64,000 bases of DNA from Shigella phage Henu11. Shown piece after piece: positions 34,766 to 45,021 of this stretch; position 1 is the first letter of the stretch, and every line of letters begins with the position of its first letter. The stretch is from sequence record OM953433; one strand, written 5' to 3'. The translations under genes were made by a program, and so were the position numbers. Under the pieces are notes generated by a model that was given only the letters and a program-made list of their open reading frames with translations, ran no database searches and was not told where the DNA came from.

Positions 34766-34839
34766 TGTGGCCTTATCATAAATGGATAATGACCCATGCT
34801 GTGAACATGGTCTATACGGGTTCGATTCCCGTAGGTCAC
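34766..34839 (+). tRNA. tRNA-His (GTG)
   Basis: acceptor gtggcct/aggtcac; anticodon arm ccatg-ctgtgaa-catgg; T-arm acggg-ttcgatt-cccgt. Confidence 0.7.
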
Positions 34840-34847
34840 CCCAATTT

Positions 34848-34923
34848 AATAGCTCAATTAGCTTATATGGTTAAAGCGCGTGTCTGAAAAACATGAGAAC
34901 AGGGTTCAAATCCCGATGGGCTA
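34848..34923 (+). tRNA. tRNA-Phe (GAA)
   Basis: acceptor tagctca/tgggcta; anticodon arm cgtgt-ctgaaaa-acatg; T-loop ttcaaat. Confidence 0.6.
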
Positions 34924-34941
34924 CCAACTTTATAGGTGCAT

Positions 34942-35677
34942 AATGAAAGAGATGACAGAACAAAGTAAAGAGATTTTTAATCTCCTTAAAACTGGTAATG
35001 GGTTCTCTAACCCTCTTATTACTGGTGCAGCAGTTCTTGGTGGTACTGTAGCTGCTTCTCAATCATTAGTGAACTCAATTAGTTCTGTAACAGACCCTGC
35101 AACACAACAGATTTTAGTTGCTGCTGGACTGACAACAGCCTTATTAGGAAGCTTCACAACAAGCCTTGGAAGTACAACTTCAACGACAAGTACACTCACT
35201 GAGTATGGACAAAAGTCTGTAGATGAGTTTTCACAACGTATGCAAGTAGCTAAAGGTTACTCTAACGTTATGGGAGCAGCAGGTGAACAGGTTGGATGTA
35301 CACCGTTTAGCGGTATCATGGGCGTAGCTACCGAGTACGGTAATAAAGCGATGGATTTGATTAATACCTCCATAGACGCTGTAAATAGCGTCCTAAGCGA
35401 TTTGCAAGATGCAATCGACCAAGGACTAGATACAATCTCTGAACTCGCTACACAGGCCGTTACAGCGATTAATGAGGGTATTACAAAGATTACTGCATAT
35501 GCTAATGAAGTAACTCAGATGATTGCAGATGAAGCAGCACTGATTGCAGAATACCTGAAAACAAATATTAATGGTTTCCTTGCGAATGTTCTACCAAGCT
35601 GGTTTGACGATTCATGTAAAACTGGTGTGATTGATACTATCGCAACTCCAGAGATGAAAGAAGCTCTGAACAAATAA
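34942..35677 (+). CDS. hypothetical Ala/Thr/Ser-rich low-complexity protein
   Basis: ORF track 34880..35677 trimmed to ATG 34942 to clear tRNA-Phe. Confidence 0.5.
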
Positions 35678-35678
35678 T

Positions 35679-35768
35679 GGAAGATTAACCCTAAAAGGTA
35701 AGGGAGCAGTTTGCTAAACTGCCAGTAACCGAGAAATCGGCGTACCAGTTCAAGTCTGGTATCTTCCT
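35679..35768 (+). tRNA. tRNA-Ser (GCT), type II
   Basis: 90 nt; acceptor ggaagat/atcttcc; anticodon arm gcagt-ttgctaa-actgc; T-arm accag-ttcaagt-ctggt. Confidence 0.7.
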
Positions 35769-35778
35769 CCAATTTAAT

Positions 35779-35851
35779 GTATCGGTGACAGAAATGGATA
35801 TGTGCCTGTCTGCAAAACAGGTTTATGAGGGTTCAAATCCCTTCCGATACT
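35779..35851 (+). tRNA. tRNA-Cys (GCA)
   Basis: acceptor gtatcgg/ccgatac; anticodon arm cctgt-ctgcaaa-acagg; T-arm gaggg-ttcaaat-ccctt. Confidence 0.75.
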
Positions 35852-35884
35852 CCAATTTATTAATATCTCTCTCAAAGTTATTAT

Positions 35885-35944
35885 GCCCTGCTATGAGTAT
35901 TCTCCCTTTCGCTACCGGAGAGTATTTTTAGACAGGGCTTTTTT
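35885..35944 (+). terminator. terminator-like long hairpin closing the tRNA island
   Basis: gccctg...cagggc stem followed by T6. Confidence 0.5.
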
Positions 35945-36009
35945 ATAGAGTTATACTTTATGGGCAGACCTATACAGTATGTCTCTGGCATACATTGTGG
36001 TTTCTCCTT

Positions 36010-36033
36010 GACGGTCTCTGCACCGTCTTTTTT
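36010..36033 (+). terminator. rho-independent terminator
   Basis: gacggt-ctctgc-accgtc hairpin plus T6. Confidence 0.6.
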
Positions 36034-36071
36034 CAGGGGAATCACTATAACTTTAATTTTGGAGAAATACA

Positions 36072-36278
36072 ATGAACGAGACTAATGTTTACAAAGAACT
36101 ATATGAAACTCAGAAACAGGCTCAGATGCTTCAAGCAACTGTAATGGCTGTGGCTGAACGTTTAATTGTTGCAACTGGTATTAACCCACAAGAAGCAACG
36201 ATGGATAAACTTCTTAATTTAGTAGATGAAAAGTTTGGTGTAGAACCTAAACAGGAATCTGAAGAAGTTTCTGAATAA
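36072..36278 (+). CDS. hypothetical small protein upstream of terminase
   Basis: ORF track 68 aa. Confidence 0.5.
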   Translation: MNETNVYKELYETQKQAQMLQATVMAVAERLIVATGINPQEATMDKLLNLVDEKFGVEPKQESEEVSE

Positions 36279-36299
36279 TTCTATTTGCAGAGGTGCTTA

Positions 36300-37901
36300 A
36301 TGGACTTAAATGTTATTAAGCAGAAGCGAGTGGAAGATGTAAGGAAAGTCCTAGCAGGTGAGTTGGGGCTTTCTGAAGAAGTAAAAGATATTATCAAATC
36401 CTTTGGTAAAGACCCCTCTAAATTCCTTCCAACTCAAATTCTGACTTTATTAAGGTACACCCCAGACCAAGTAAGACTCATCTTTAAATTGATGACTGAC
36501 AAGAACTATGTAGCTCCACAGCCTGGCTCTCAAGAGGTATTCTTGAACACTAATGCTGACTTGGTACTATATGGTGGTGCTGCTGGTGCTGGTAAGACTG
36601 CTGCCCTATTAATGGACTCACTAAGGTTCATTGAAGACCCAAACTATAATGCTGTTTATTTCCGTCGAAATACAACACAGTTACAAGGTGGTTTGTGGCC
36701 TGCGGCTAAGAAGTTATTTGGTAAGTTTGGTGGAGTTCCACATGAACAGAAAATGACTATCACTTTCCCTTCTGGAGCAACTATCAAGTTTACTTATTTG
36801 GAACTTGAGAAACACTCAGAAGGTCACCAAGGTATCGAATACTCAGCTATTTATTTCGACGAAGGTACACACTTCTCGGCTTCACAGATTTCATATCTTC
36901 AGACACGTTTACGTTCTGGTGCTGAAGGCGACTCATATATGAAAATCTCAATGAACCCAGATAGAGACCACTTTATTTATGATTGGGTAGAACCTTTCCT
37001 AGATGATGCTGGATATCCAGACCCAGAGAAGTGCGGTAGGATTCGTTGGTATGTTATGAATGATGGTGTCATGGTTTCTGATTGGGATAGAGATAAAATT
37101 CTTGAAATGTTCCCTCTTGAGATTCCTCAAACATATACCTTTATTTCCGGTACAATCGATGACAACCCTATTCTAGATTTCCTTGAACCTAAGTATCGTG
37201 GTAAATTAGAAAACAACACACCAGTTAACGTTGCACGTTTACGTTTTGGTAACTGGAAAGCTCGTGCTGAAGGTTCAAACTACTGGCAAAGACAATGGTG
37301 TGAAATTGTTGATAGTGTTCCAGCAGACGTATTTGACGTGAGAGCATGGGACTTAGCAGCAACATTACCTTCTGAGGTTAACCCTAACCCTGACTGGACA
37401 GCAGGTGTTAAAATGGGTAAATCTAAAAAAGATGGTTGCTATTATGTGATTAACGTAGTAAGATTTAGAGATAGACCTTCTGGAGTTGAAACACAAATTA
37501 ACCAAACTGCTGAAGGTGATGGTAAGCGCACAGGTATTTTTATCCCTCAAGACCCCGGCGCTGCTGGTAAATCCTACGCAACCTCCCTTATTAGAAAACT
37601 TGCTGAGAAAGGTTTCCGAGCAAGAGCTAAACCAACAAATAAAGATAAAGTCACCCGTTTTGCGGGTTTCTCTGCTGCTTCTGAGGCAGGACTTGTCAAA
37701 ATTGTTAGAGGCTCTTGGAATGAAGCATATTTCCAAGAACTAGAAGGTTTTTGTGGTGATGGTCGTACTAAGGATGACCAAGTGGATGCTACCAGTGATG
37801 CTTTCAACAGTCTAAACGAAGTTAAACTATTCAAGCCACCTTCAATGGGTGCTCATACAGATATTATGAAGAGTAATCCATATCAGGGGCTAAGACGATA
37901 A
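36300..37901 (+). CDS. terminase large subunit
   Basis: ORF track with start moved to ATG 36300; Walker A LYGGAAGAGKTAA; followed by portal. Confidence 0.8.
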   Translation: MDLNVIKQKRVEDVRKVLAGELGLSEEVKDIIKSFGKDPSKFLPTQILTLLRYTPDQVRLIFKLMTDKNYVAPQPGSQEVFLNTNADLVLYGGAAGAGKTAALLMDSLRFIEDPNYNAVYFRRNTTQLQGGLWPAAKKLFGKFGGVPHEQKMTITFPSGATIKFTYLELEKHSEGHQGIEYSAIYFDEGTHFSASQISYLQTRLRSGAEGDSYMKISMNPDRDHFIYDWVEPFLDDAGYPDPEKCGRIRWYVMNDGVMVSDWDRDKILEMFPLEIPQTYTFISGTIDDNPILDFLEPKYRGKLENNTPVNVARLRFGNWKARAEGSNYWQRQWCEIVDSVPADVFDVRAWDLAATLPSEVNPNPDWTAGVKMGKSKKDGCYYVINVVRFRDRPSGVETQINQTAEGDGKRTGIFIPQDPGAAGKSYATSLIRKLAEKGFRARAKPTNKDKVTRFAGFSAASEAGLVKIVRGSWNEAYFQELEGFCGDGRTKDDQVDATSDAFNSLNEVKLFKPPSMGAHTDIMKSNPYQGLRR

Positions 37902-37913
37902 TAGGTAGAAAGA

Positions 37914-39380
37914 ATGGCAGATATCACAGAAACACAAGAAAGCCTTCCTCCATTCAGAATGGGTGAGGTTGGGAGTCTTGGCCTTAAAGTTCGCTCAGGA
38001 AGAATCTATGAAGAACCTAGACAGGCTTTAAGATTCCCAGAAAGTATTAAGACTTTCCAACTTATGATGAGAGACCCTTCAGTAGCAGCCTCTGTAAATA
38101 TTATTAAGATGTTTGTCAGAAAGGTTAACTGGAGATTCGTACCACCGAAGGGAAAAGAGAAAGATGCCAAGATGATTGAAAGGGCTAATTTCTTTAACTC
38201 ACTAATGAATGACATGGAGCACGATTGGGCTGACTTTATTAACTCTGTAATGTCATTCTGTACTTACGGTTTCTGTGTAAACGAGAAAGTTTATAAGAAA
38301 CGTCAAGGCAAGAAAGGTAAGTACCCTTCAAAATATAATGATGGTTTAATTGGTTGGGCTAAATTACCAATCCGTAATCAGACTACATTAGACAAATGGT
38401 ACTTTGACTCTGACTATAGAAAAGTCATTGGTGTTAGACAGAACCTGCGTAATGTTTCCCATATTGCAGGAGCAATTAATCTTGGTGAACAACCATTGAC
38501 AAGAAAGCTTCCTAGAAGTAAATTCTTATTGTTCAAGTATGACGATGAATATGGTAACCCAGAGGGACGTTCACCATTACTTAATGCTTATGTTCCTTGG
38601 AAATACAAAGTTCAAATTGAAGAGTTTGAAGCAGTTGGTGTTTCCAGAGACTTAGTAGGTATGCCAAAGATTGGTCTTCCACCTGATTACTTAGGTGAAG
38701 ATGCAGAACCTGAAAAGAAAGCTTTTGTTAAATACTGCCAAGAAGTAGTAAATGATTTAATTGCTAATGACAGAGCAGGTTTAATTTGGCCTAGATTTAT
38801 CGACCCAGAAACTAAAGAAGATATCTTTGAGTTCTCATTAGTTTCTCGACAGGGTGCTAAAGCTTATGATACAGGTTCTATCATTGATAGATACTCTAAG
38901 CAAATTATGATGGCGTTTATGTCTGATGTTCTTGCTATGGGACAGTCAAAGTATGGCTCATTCTCTCTGGCAGATTCTAAGACAAGCTTACTGGCAATGT
39001 CAGTTGATATTCTTCTGAAGCAAGTGAAGAATGTAATTAACCGTGATTTGGTTGCTCAGACTTATGCACTGAATATGTGGGATGATGAAGAACACGTAGA
39101 AATTGTGTATGATGATATTGAGACTCCAGATTTGGAAGCTATTGCATCCTTTATTCAGAAGACCGTTGCAGTTGGTGCTCTGGAAGTTGACAAACCATTG
39201 TCTAACAAGCTTAGAGAATATCTTGACCTTGAACCTGCTGATGAGTCTAAACCAGTATCTGAGAAGCTATCTCCAAACACTCAAAGTCGTTCTGGTGATG
39301 GTTATCAAACTGCTGGAGAAGGGACTGCTAAAACTCCTTCAGCTAAAGACCCAAGTACGGCTAATAAGGCAAACAAATAA
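37914..39380 (+). CDS. portal protein
   Basis: 488 aa ORF directly after the terminase and ahead of the protease and capsid genes. Confidence 0.65.
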   Translation: MADITETQESLPPFRMGEVGSLGLKVRSGRIYEEPRQALRFPESIKTFQLMMRDPSVAASVNIIKMFVRKVNWRFVPPKGKEKDAKMIERANFFNSLMNDMEHDWADFINSVMSFCTYGFCVNEKVYKKRQGKKGKYPSKYNDGLIGWAKLPIRNQTTLDKWYFDSDYRKVIGVRQNLRNVSHIAGAINLGEQPLTRKLPRSKFLLFKYDDEYGNPEGRSPLLNAYVPWKYKVQIEEFEAVGVSRDLVGMPKIGLPPDYLGEDAEPEKKAFVKYCQEVVNDLIANDRAGLIWPRFIDPETKEDIFEFSLVSRQGAKAYDTGSIIDRYSKQIMMAFMSDVLAMGQSKYGSFSLADSKTSLLAMSVDILLKQVKNVINRDLVAQTYALNMWDDEEHVEIVYDDIETPDLEAIASFIQKTVAVGALEVDKPLSNKLREYLDLEPADESKPVSEKLSPNTQSRSGDGYQTAGEGTAKTPSAKDPSTANKANK

Positions 39381-39880
39381 TGGCAGAAGTTATCTCTATT
39401 TCCAATGCTACGCGAGTGCATTCTTATAGAGGTGTCTTAATTATCACTGATGAATTAACTGTAGAGGCTGGCTCAAGGGTCAGCCTTTCAGGGTATGTTA
39501 GTGATGGTGGAACCTCTGACGTTTTCACTATTTGCAGGTTACTTGATGCTCCAATGAGCGGAAAACAGTTTATTTCAAACAATTGTAACGAAATTGTTAA
39601 AATTCCATTTGACAGTTCATGCCTTTTGGGTGTAAAGTTATATAACTGTGAGAATAAACGTGTTAACGTTAATAGTGTTGAAGCTGCATTCATTACCATT
39701 GATACAGCATTTCAATCTCCAATGACAGTAAATAAAGAGTCTAACAGACTTGAGTACATTTTTTCACAAAATGATTACAAAGTACTTGTCAAAGGTAAAG
39801 TTTATGATATGATTGTAAATGTGGTAGATGAATCTGGTAACCATTCAACAATCCTTAAACAAAAAGTAAGGTTTAATTAA
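39380..39880 (+). CDS. hypothetical head-module protein
   Basis: ORF track; between portal and protease. Confidence 0.5.
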   Translation: MAEVISISNATRVHSYRGVLIITDELTVEAGSRVSLSGYVSDGGTSDVFTICRLLDAPMSGKQFISNNCNEIVKIPFDSSCLLGVKLYNCENKRVNVNSVEAAFITIDTAFQSPMTVNKESNRLEYIFSQNDYKVLVKGKVYDMIVNVVDESGNHSTILKQKVRFN

Positions 39881-40212
39881 TGGGAACATTAACGATTGAT
39901 GGTAAGAATAAAATCCTAGCCACACTAACCCCGACAACTATTGTATTACACAATGTAGACCCAACGGCAGACCCTACAGCAAACAAGGTTACTCAGCCAG
40001 TGGCTATCTTCTTCTCAGAACCTAACAATGGATTAATTGCCTCAGAAGACACAGTTAATATTACTGTTCCGGCTTCTGCTACAGTTTCTCATTTTAGTTT
40101 ATGGGATGACAACTCTAAGTGCGTGGCAACAGGTGCTCTAAGTAGCCCTCAGTTCTTTGCTGAAGAAGGAATTTATGTTATCTCTTCAGTATCCATTGAC
40201 TTAAATAAATAG
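39880..40212 (+). CDS. hypothetical head-module protein
   Basis: ORF track 110 aa. Confidence 0.5.
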   Translation: MGTLTIDGKNKILATLTPTTIVLHNVDPTADPTANKVTQPVAIFFSEPNNGLIASEDTVNITVPASATVSHFSLWDDNSKCVATGALSSPQFFAEEGIYVISSVSIDLNK

Positions 40213-40223
40213 GGTGAGTAAAA

Positions 40224-41570
40224 ATGAGTTCGAATATCTTCAGACTTGCTGACAGATTATTCAACCAACCTTTACTAGCTACAGAATCATTAGCCCACTC
40301 AGCAGCGACTTATGTTAATAACCGCTTGTTAGGTGAGGTACAAGCAGCAGTAAACTTCGATAAGCCAAAAGGTGAAGCAAGAAGTCTTTTAAAAGTTAAA
40401 GAAGACATTGCTATCATCCCTATTATGGGTGGCCTAACACATCGTATGACCTTCATGGATGCAATGTGTACTGGTGGACTAAGTTCTTATGAAGGTTTAC
40501 GCAGAGGCTTTGACGAAGCCCTAGCAGATGAGTCTATTAAGACTATCGTGCTGCACGTTGATTCAGGTGGTGGTGAAGCGTCAGGTTGTTTTGAGTTGGC
40601 ACGTCACATCATGGCTTCAAGAGGCCAAAAGAAAATTATTGCTTATGTAGATGAGTTTGCTTGCTCTGCTGCATACGCTCTTGCATCTTCCGCTGAAGAA
40701 ATTATTGCATCACCAGATGCAGATGTTGGTTCAATTGGTGTGATTATGGTTCACCAAGAATTAACTAAAGCATTTGAAAAGAATGGCGTAACTATTAACG
40801 TTATTAAAGCTGGTGAATTTAAAGGTATGGGTTCCCCATTCCAAGCATTATCAGAAGAAAGCAAGAATAGACTTCAAAAGAGAATTGATGACACTTACAA
40901 GACTTTTACTAGTTTTGTTGCAGACTCACGTAATATCTCTGAAGAAGCTGTAAAGAATACTGAGGCGAATGTTTATTCTGCTCAGGAAGCTCTTGAACTT
41001 GGTTTAATTAACTCTATCATGTCTCAAGATGATTTCTTAAATTACTTACAAGGTTCTGAAGAAGCTCCTGTAAGTTTAAACACAAACAATTCAGGTGAAG
41101 AAATGACTGAACAAGAAAAGCAAGAACTAGAAGCTCTGCGTCTTCAGGTTGCTCAAATGAAAGCTAAGGAACAGGAAACAGTTCTTACAGATTTAACTGG
41201 TAAGATTTCTGCATCTGCTGAAGCTTTTGGGTTTGATGCAAAAGAAGCTGCAACAGCTATTTTAGGTGCTGGTCTTGACAACCCTCTGAGTGTTCTGTTT
41301 ATGAATGCTATGGAAGGTGCTAACCAGAAACTTAATGAAACTATCGCGTCCCATGCTTCTGCCATGTCTGAGAAGGATTCTGAAATCACTAAGCTGAAAG
41401 AAACTGCTGGTGCTGTTCTGGAACACTCAAACGCTATGGAAGAACTTGGCAATGACGGCGAAGCAGAAGTGGATGACGGTAAAGACACCGCTCCAGAAGC
41501 AAATGCTAATGCTAACGCTGACCAACGCAAACTGGCTCTCCAGAATGCTTTGAAAACTCTTATCAAATAA
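40224..41570 (+). CDS. prohead protease (S49/SppA-like) with Ala-rich scaffold-like C-terminal half
   Basis: S49 peptidase blocks VLHVDSGGGEASG and CSAAYALASSAEEI; coiled-coil C-terminus. Confidence 0.75.
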   Translation: MSSNIFRLADRLFNQPLLATESLAHSAATYVNNRLLGEVQAAVNFDKPKGEARSLLKVKEDIAIIPIMGGLTHRMTFMDAMCTGGLSSYEGLRRGFDEALADESIKTIVLHVDSGGGEASGCFELARHIMASRGQKKIIAYVDEFACSAAYALASSAEEIIASPDADVGSIGVIMVHQELTKAFEKNGVTINVIKAGEFKGMGSPFQALSEESKNRLQKRIDDTYKTFTSFVADSRNISEEAVKNTEANVYSAQEALELGLINSIMSQDDFLNYLQGSEEAPVSLNTNNSGEEMTEQEKQELEALRLQVAQMKAKEQETVLTDLTGKISASAEAFGFDAKEAATAILGAGLDNPLSVLFMNAMEGANQKLNETIASHASAMSEKDSEITKLKETAGAVLEHSNAMEELGNDGEAEVDDGKDTAPEANANANADQRKLALQNALKTLIK

Positions 41571-41582
41571 GGAACACAAATA

Positions 41583-41960
41583 ATGGCATATCAAGGTTTT
41601 ACTAAATTAGGTAACAGAGAACCTCTGAACGATATCATCCTTTGGGAACAGATTACACCAACTGGTCACTCTCGTAAAGAGTACGCTCCAGTAGCCAGCA
41701 CTGAGTATCGTGTAGGTGAAGTTCTGAAAGCTGATGGTACTAAAGTTGCAGCAGGTGAAGAAGCTCAGGCAGATTCTGTATGTATCGTTAACTTCTACGC
41801 AGACCTACAACTGTCTTACCACGGTCAGTTAAAAGTTGTTGGTATTTACCGTGACGCTGAACTGAAAGACATGCTAACTCTGGCAGATAGTGTTGATGCT
41901 GCTGCTGTCAAGTCTGCTCTTAAGGCGAAAGGTATTGATTTCGTCCCAACTGGCCTGTAA
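41583..41960 (+). CDS. head decoration protein (lambda gpD-like)
   Basis: 125 aa ORF immediately upstream of the capsid gene, resembling gpD. Confidence 0.55.
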   Translation: MAYQGFTKLGNREPLNDIILWEQITPTGHSRKEYAPVASTEYRVGEVLKADGTKVAAGEEAQADSVCIVNFYADLQLSYHGQLKVVGIYRDAELKDMLTLADSVDAAAVKSALKAKGIDFVPTGL

Positions 41961-41991
41961 TTAATAATAAGACATTCTGGAGAATTTTACA

Positions 41992-43095
41992 ATGTTGACT
42001 AATTCTGAAAAAAGCAGATTTTTCCTTGCTGACTTAACTGGTGAAGTCCAGTCTATTCCAAATACTTACGGATATATCTCTGGTCTGGGACTGTTCCGTT
42101 CTGCTCCACAAACACAGACTACTTTCCTGATGGACTTGACTGATTGGGATATCAGCTTACTGGATGCGGTAGACCGTACCAGCCGTAAAGCTGAGACTAG
42201 CGCTCCTGAGCGTGTTCGTCAGATTAGCTTCCCGATGATGTACTTCAAGGAAGTTGAGAGCATCACTCCTGATGAGATTCAGGGTGTTCGTCAGCCAGGC
42301 ACTGCAAATGAACTGACTACTGAAGCAGTTGTACGTGCTAAGAAGCTGATGAAGATTCGTACCAAGTTTGATATTACTCGTGAGTTCTTGTTTATGCAAG
42401 CCCTGAAGGGTAAAGTTATCGACGCTAACGGTGTTCTGTACGCAGACCTGTACAAGCAGTTCGATGTAACTAAGAAGACTATCTACTTCGACTTGGACAA
42501 CCCGAACTCTGATATCGATGCGCACATTGAAGACCTGCGTATGCACATGGAAGATGAAGCTAAGACAGGTACTGTAATCAACGGTGAAGAAATTCACATC
42601 GTTGTTGACAGAACTTTCTTCAGCAAGCTTATCAAGCATCCTAAGATTCGTGACGCATACCTTGCACAGCAGACTCCGCTGGCTTGGCAACAGATTACTG
42701 GTTCTCTGAGAACTGGTGGTACTGATGGTGTTCAGGCTCACATGAACCGCTTCTACTACGGTGGTGTTGTATTCGTACAGTACAACGGTAAGTTCAAAGA
42801 TAAGCGTGGTAAGACTCATACTCTGGTTAGCATTGACGGTGTATCTGATACTAATGTTGGTGTAGGTCACGCATTCCCTAACGTAGCAATGTTGGGTGAA
42901 GCTAACAACATCTTCGAAGTTGCTTACGCTCCATGTCCTAAGATGGGTTATGCAAACACTCTGGGTCAGGAACTGTATGTGTTCGAATATGAGAAAGACC
43001 GTGACGAAGGTATTGACTTCGAAGCCCACTCTTACATGCTGCCATACTGCACACGTCCTCAACTGCTTGTTGACGTTCGTTCAGACGCTGAGTAA
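41992..43095 (+). CDS. major capsid protein (lambda gpE-like family)
   Basis: 367 aa; order protease-decoration-capsid; C-terminal region resembles gpE. Confidence 0.7.
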   Translation: MLTNSEKSRFFLADLTGEVQSIPNTYGYISGLGLFRSAPQTQTTFLMDLTDWDISLLDAVDRTSRKAETSAPERVRQISFPMMYFKEVESITPDEIQGVRQPGTANELTTEAVVRAKKLMKIRTKFDITREFLFMQALKGKVIDANGVLYADLYKQFDVTKKTIYFDLDNPNSDIDAHIEDLRMHMEDEAKTGTVINGEEIHIVVDRTFFSKLIKHPKIRDAYLAQQTPLAWQQITGSLRTGGTDGVQAHMNRFYYGGVVFVQYNGKFKDKRGKTHTLVSIDGVSDTNVGVGHAFPNVAMLGEANNIFEVAYAPCPKMGYANTLGQELYVFEYEKDRDEGIDFEAHSYMLPYCTRPQLLVDVRSDAE

Positions 43096-43117
43096 TAACT
43101 TGAAAGGAGGGTTATAA

Positions 43118-43567
43118 ATGTGTTATACAGGCGACCCCGCTAATAACCCTCTTGATAGAGTTCGAATCCTCTGCACCGATACTGACAACAATGAAATCCT
43201 CATTGACCAATCGGTGCTAGAGTGGTTCTACCAAGAATCTGGAAAGGATGAAAAGAAAGCAGCCATCAAAGCTCTTAAATATTTACTCTTTCAAGTAGCC
43301 AAGATGGGAGATGAGAAAGTTGGTGGTGTTTATTTACGAAACTCTTCCAGATTCAAATCTCTGAAAGCTGTCTATGACGACCTAGTTAAAAGCTCTGTTA
43401 GTGGCCTCCCTTATGCGGGTGGTATTAACCAGTGTGATATTGACATGCGTCGTCAAAATCCTTGCTCTGTCAAGAAATATACTGAATATGGCGATGCTGT
43501 TAGATACTATGGTAGAGATTACTGTGAACGTGTCAACGGTGTATTTATTATCGAGCGAGATGAATAA
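43118..43567 (+). CDS. head-tail joining protein (putative)
   Basis: ORF track; position after the capsid gene. Confidence 0.45.
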   Translation: MCYTGDPANNPLDRVRILCTDTDNNEILIDQSVLEWFYQESGKDEKKAAIKALKYLLFQVAKMGDEKVGGVYLRNSSRFKSLKAVYDDLVKSSVSGLPYAGGINQCDIDMRRQNPCSVKKYTEYGDAVRYYGRDYCERVNGVFIIERDE

Positions 43568-44049
43568 TGGTTAAAAGGGTTATTCACCCCGCTAGAGCTA
43601 AATTAGTCGGGGCTATGAAGAACTTGCATACGGCTAATGCTCAAGTTGGGTATTTTCAGGAACAAGGTCAACATAGCTCTGGTTTTTCTTACTCTGCTTT
43701 AATGTACTTGCATGAAGTTATTGGTGTACCAGCAGCTTCAGGCAAAGTATATCGTAGGTTGTTTGAAATTACTATGATGTTACACAGACAGGCCTTGTTA
43801 GAGCAGACTAAGAAGAATCTCTATAAGCAATTAAACAGTCTTAATACTGACCCCTCAGATACTTTAGAAGCATTTGCAAAGAGTGCTCAGAAAGCAATTA
43901 AAAGAGGTTTTGGTAATACGGCTATATTGCCTCCTAACGCTCCATCTACAGTTAAAAAGAAAGGTTTCAATGCCCCTCTTGTGGAAACTGGAGATTTACG
44001 AGATAACCTTGTTTATAAAATCTCTACTAAGAAAGGTATTAAAAAATGA
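43567..44049 (+). CDS. head completion or neck protein (putative)
   Basis: ORF track; overlapping stop/start. Confidence 0.45.
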   Translation: MVKRVIHPARAKLVGAMKNLHTANAQVGYFQEQGQHSSGFSYSALMYLHEVIGVPAASGKVYRRLFEITMMLHRQALLEQTKKNLYKQLNSLNTDPSDTLEAFAKSAQKAIKRGFGNTAILPPNAPSTVKKKGFNAPLVETGDLRDNLVYKISTKKGIKK

Positions 44050-44447
44050 GACTCTTAAATAGACACAGCTTTGTAGTTAAAAGGAAGGTATCTGAAGATG
44101 GTTATTACAATGAAGATGGTGATTGGGTAGCTTCACAGGATATTGTATCAATTAACTGTAAAGGTAATATTCAACCTTATATTAAGGGTTCTGTAAAGAA
44201 TGGTACACAGATTGTTTTACCTGAAGGTATCAGATTGACAGATACAAGAATCCTTTTCACTGTAGCTGAGTTAAGAACGTCTGATGATGTTGATTGGACT
44301 GAAGCGGATATTGTCATGATTAAGGGACACGAATACGAAGTCTTTATGACAATGGATTGGTCTGAACAATTAGCTCACACATCCCATTATGAGTATATCA
44401 TTATTAGAAGGGATAAGATGAATGCAGTTAGAAACAGCAGAACTTGA
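44046..44447 (+). CDS. neck or tail-completion protein (putative)
   Basis: ORF track. Confidence 0.45.
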   Translation: MRLLNRHSFVVKRKVSEDGYYNEDGDWVASQDIVSINCKGNIQPYIKGSVKNGTQIVLPEGIRLTDTRILFTVAELRTSDDVDWTEADIVMIKGHEYEVFMTMDWSEQLAHTSHYEYIIIRRDKMNAVRNSRT

Positions 44448-45021
44448 GAAAGGTATTGTCCGAGTTTTGGTTGATGTTATTGGTCACCGTTTAGCGAGAG
44501 ACAAGAATAACAGACCAAATGTTATTAGGGCTTACCCTTCAGATAATTCCAATGATAAAGGTCTAAAACCAGACCAGCCTTTTATTACAGTATACTGTCA
44601 AGATGCTACCACACCTTATGGTTGGGTTCTTGATAAGTTCGTGGAAGATGATGTAGTTTGTTATAGAATTGCTTTTCAGATTCCTGTACTGATTACTGTA
44701 AATGGTAAAGGTGCTCACAGTATTATGCTTGAGCTAAAACAAAGATTAGAGATGAGTACTACAAGAGATTATCTAGCTGACATGACAGGTGCTTCAGTAC
44801 TTGATACAGGGGCTATCCCAAATGATTATACTTATCTCAACACAGATTTTGAAAATTCTGCACCTCTTGTTGTAACCCTTGTAAAAAATTCAGTATTAAA
44901 AGATGAACGTGGAAGTATTATTGAACGTGTCATTGTGGATGGTGAATTGGTTTACGAGGAAGGACAGGAGCCACCAGAATATACTATCCATCTAGATGTA
45001 GACTCCAAAGGGGTAAAATAA
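44422..45021 (+). CDS. tail-completion protein (putative)
   Basis: ORF track. Confidence 0.45.
   Translation: MQLETAELEKGIVRVLVDVIGHRLARDKNNRPNVIRAYPSDNSNDKGLKPDQPFITVYCQDATTPYGWVLDKFVEDDVVCYRIAFQIPVLITVNGKGAHSIMLELKQRLEMSTTRDYLADMTGASVLDTGAIPNDYTYLNTDFENSAPLVVTLVKNSVLKDERGSIIERVIVDGELVYEEGQEPPEYTIHLDVDSKGVK

Noticed and set aside
42157-43062. 301-aa ORF on the minus strand
   Set aside because: Lies entirely antisense within the major capsid gene; no independent start signal; a typical antisense ORF artefact.
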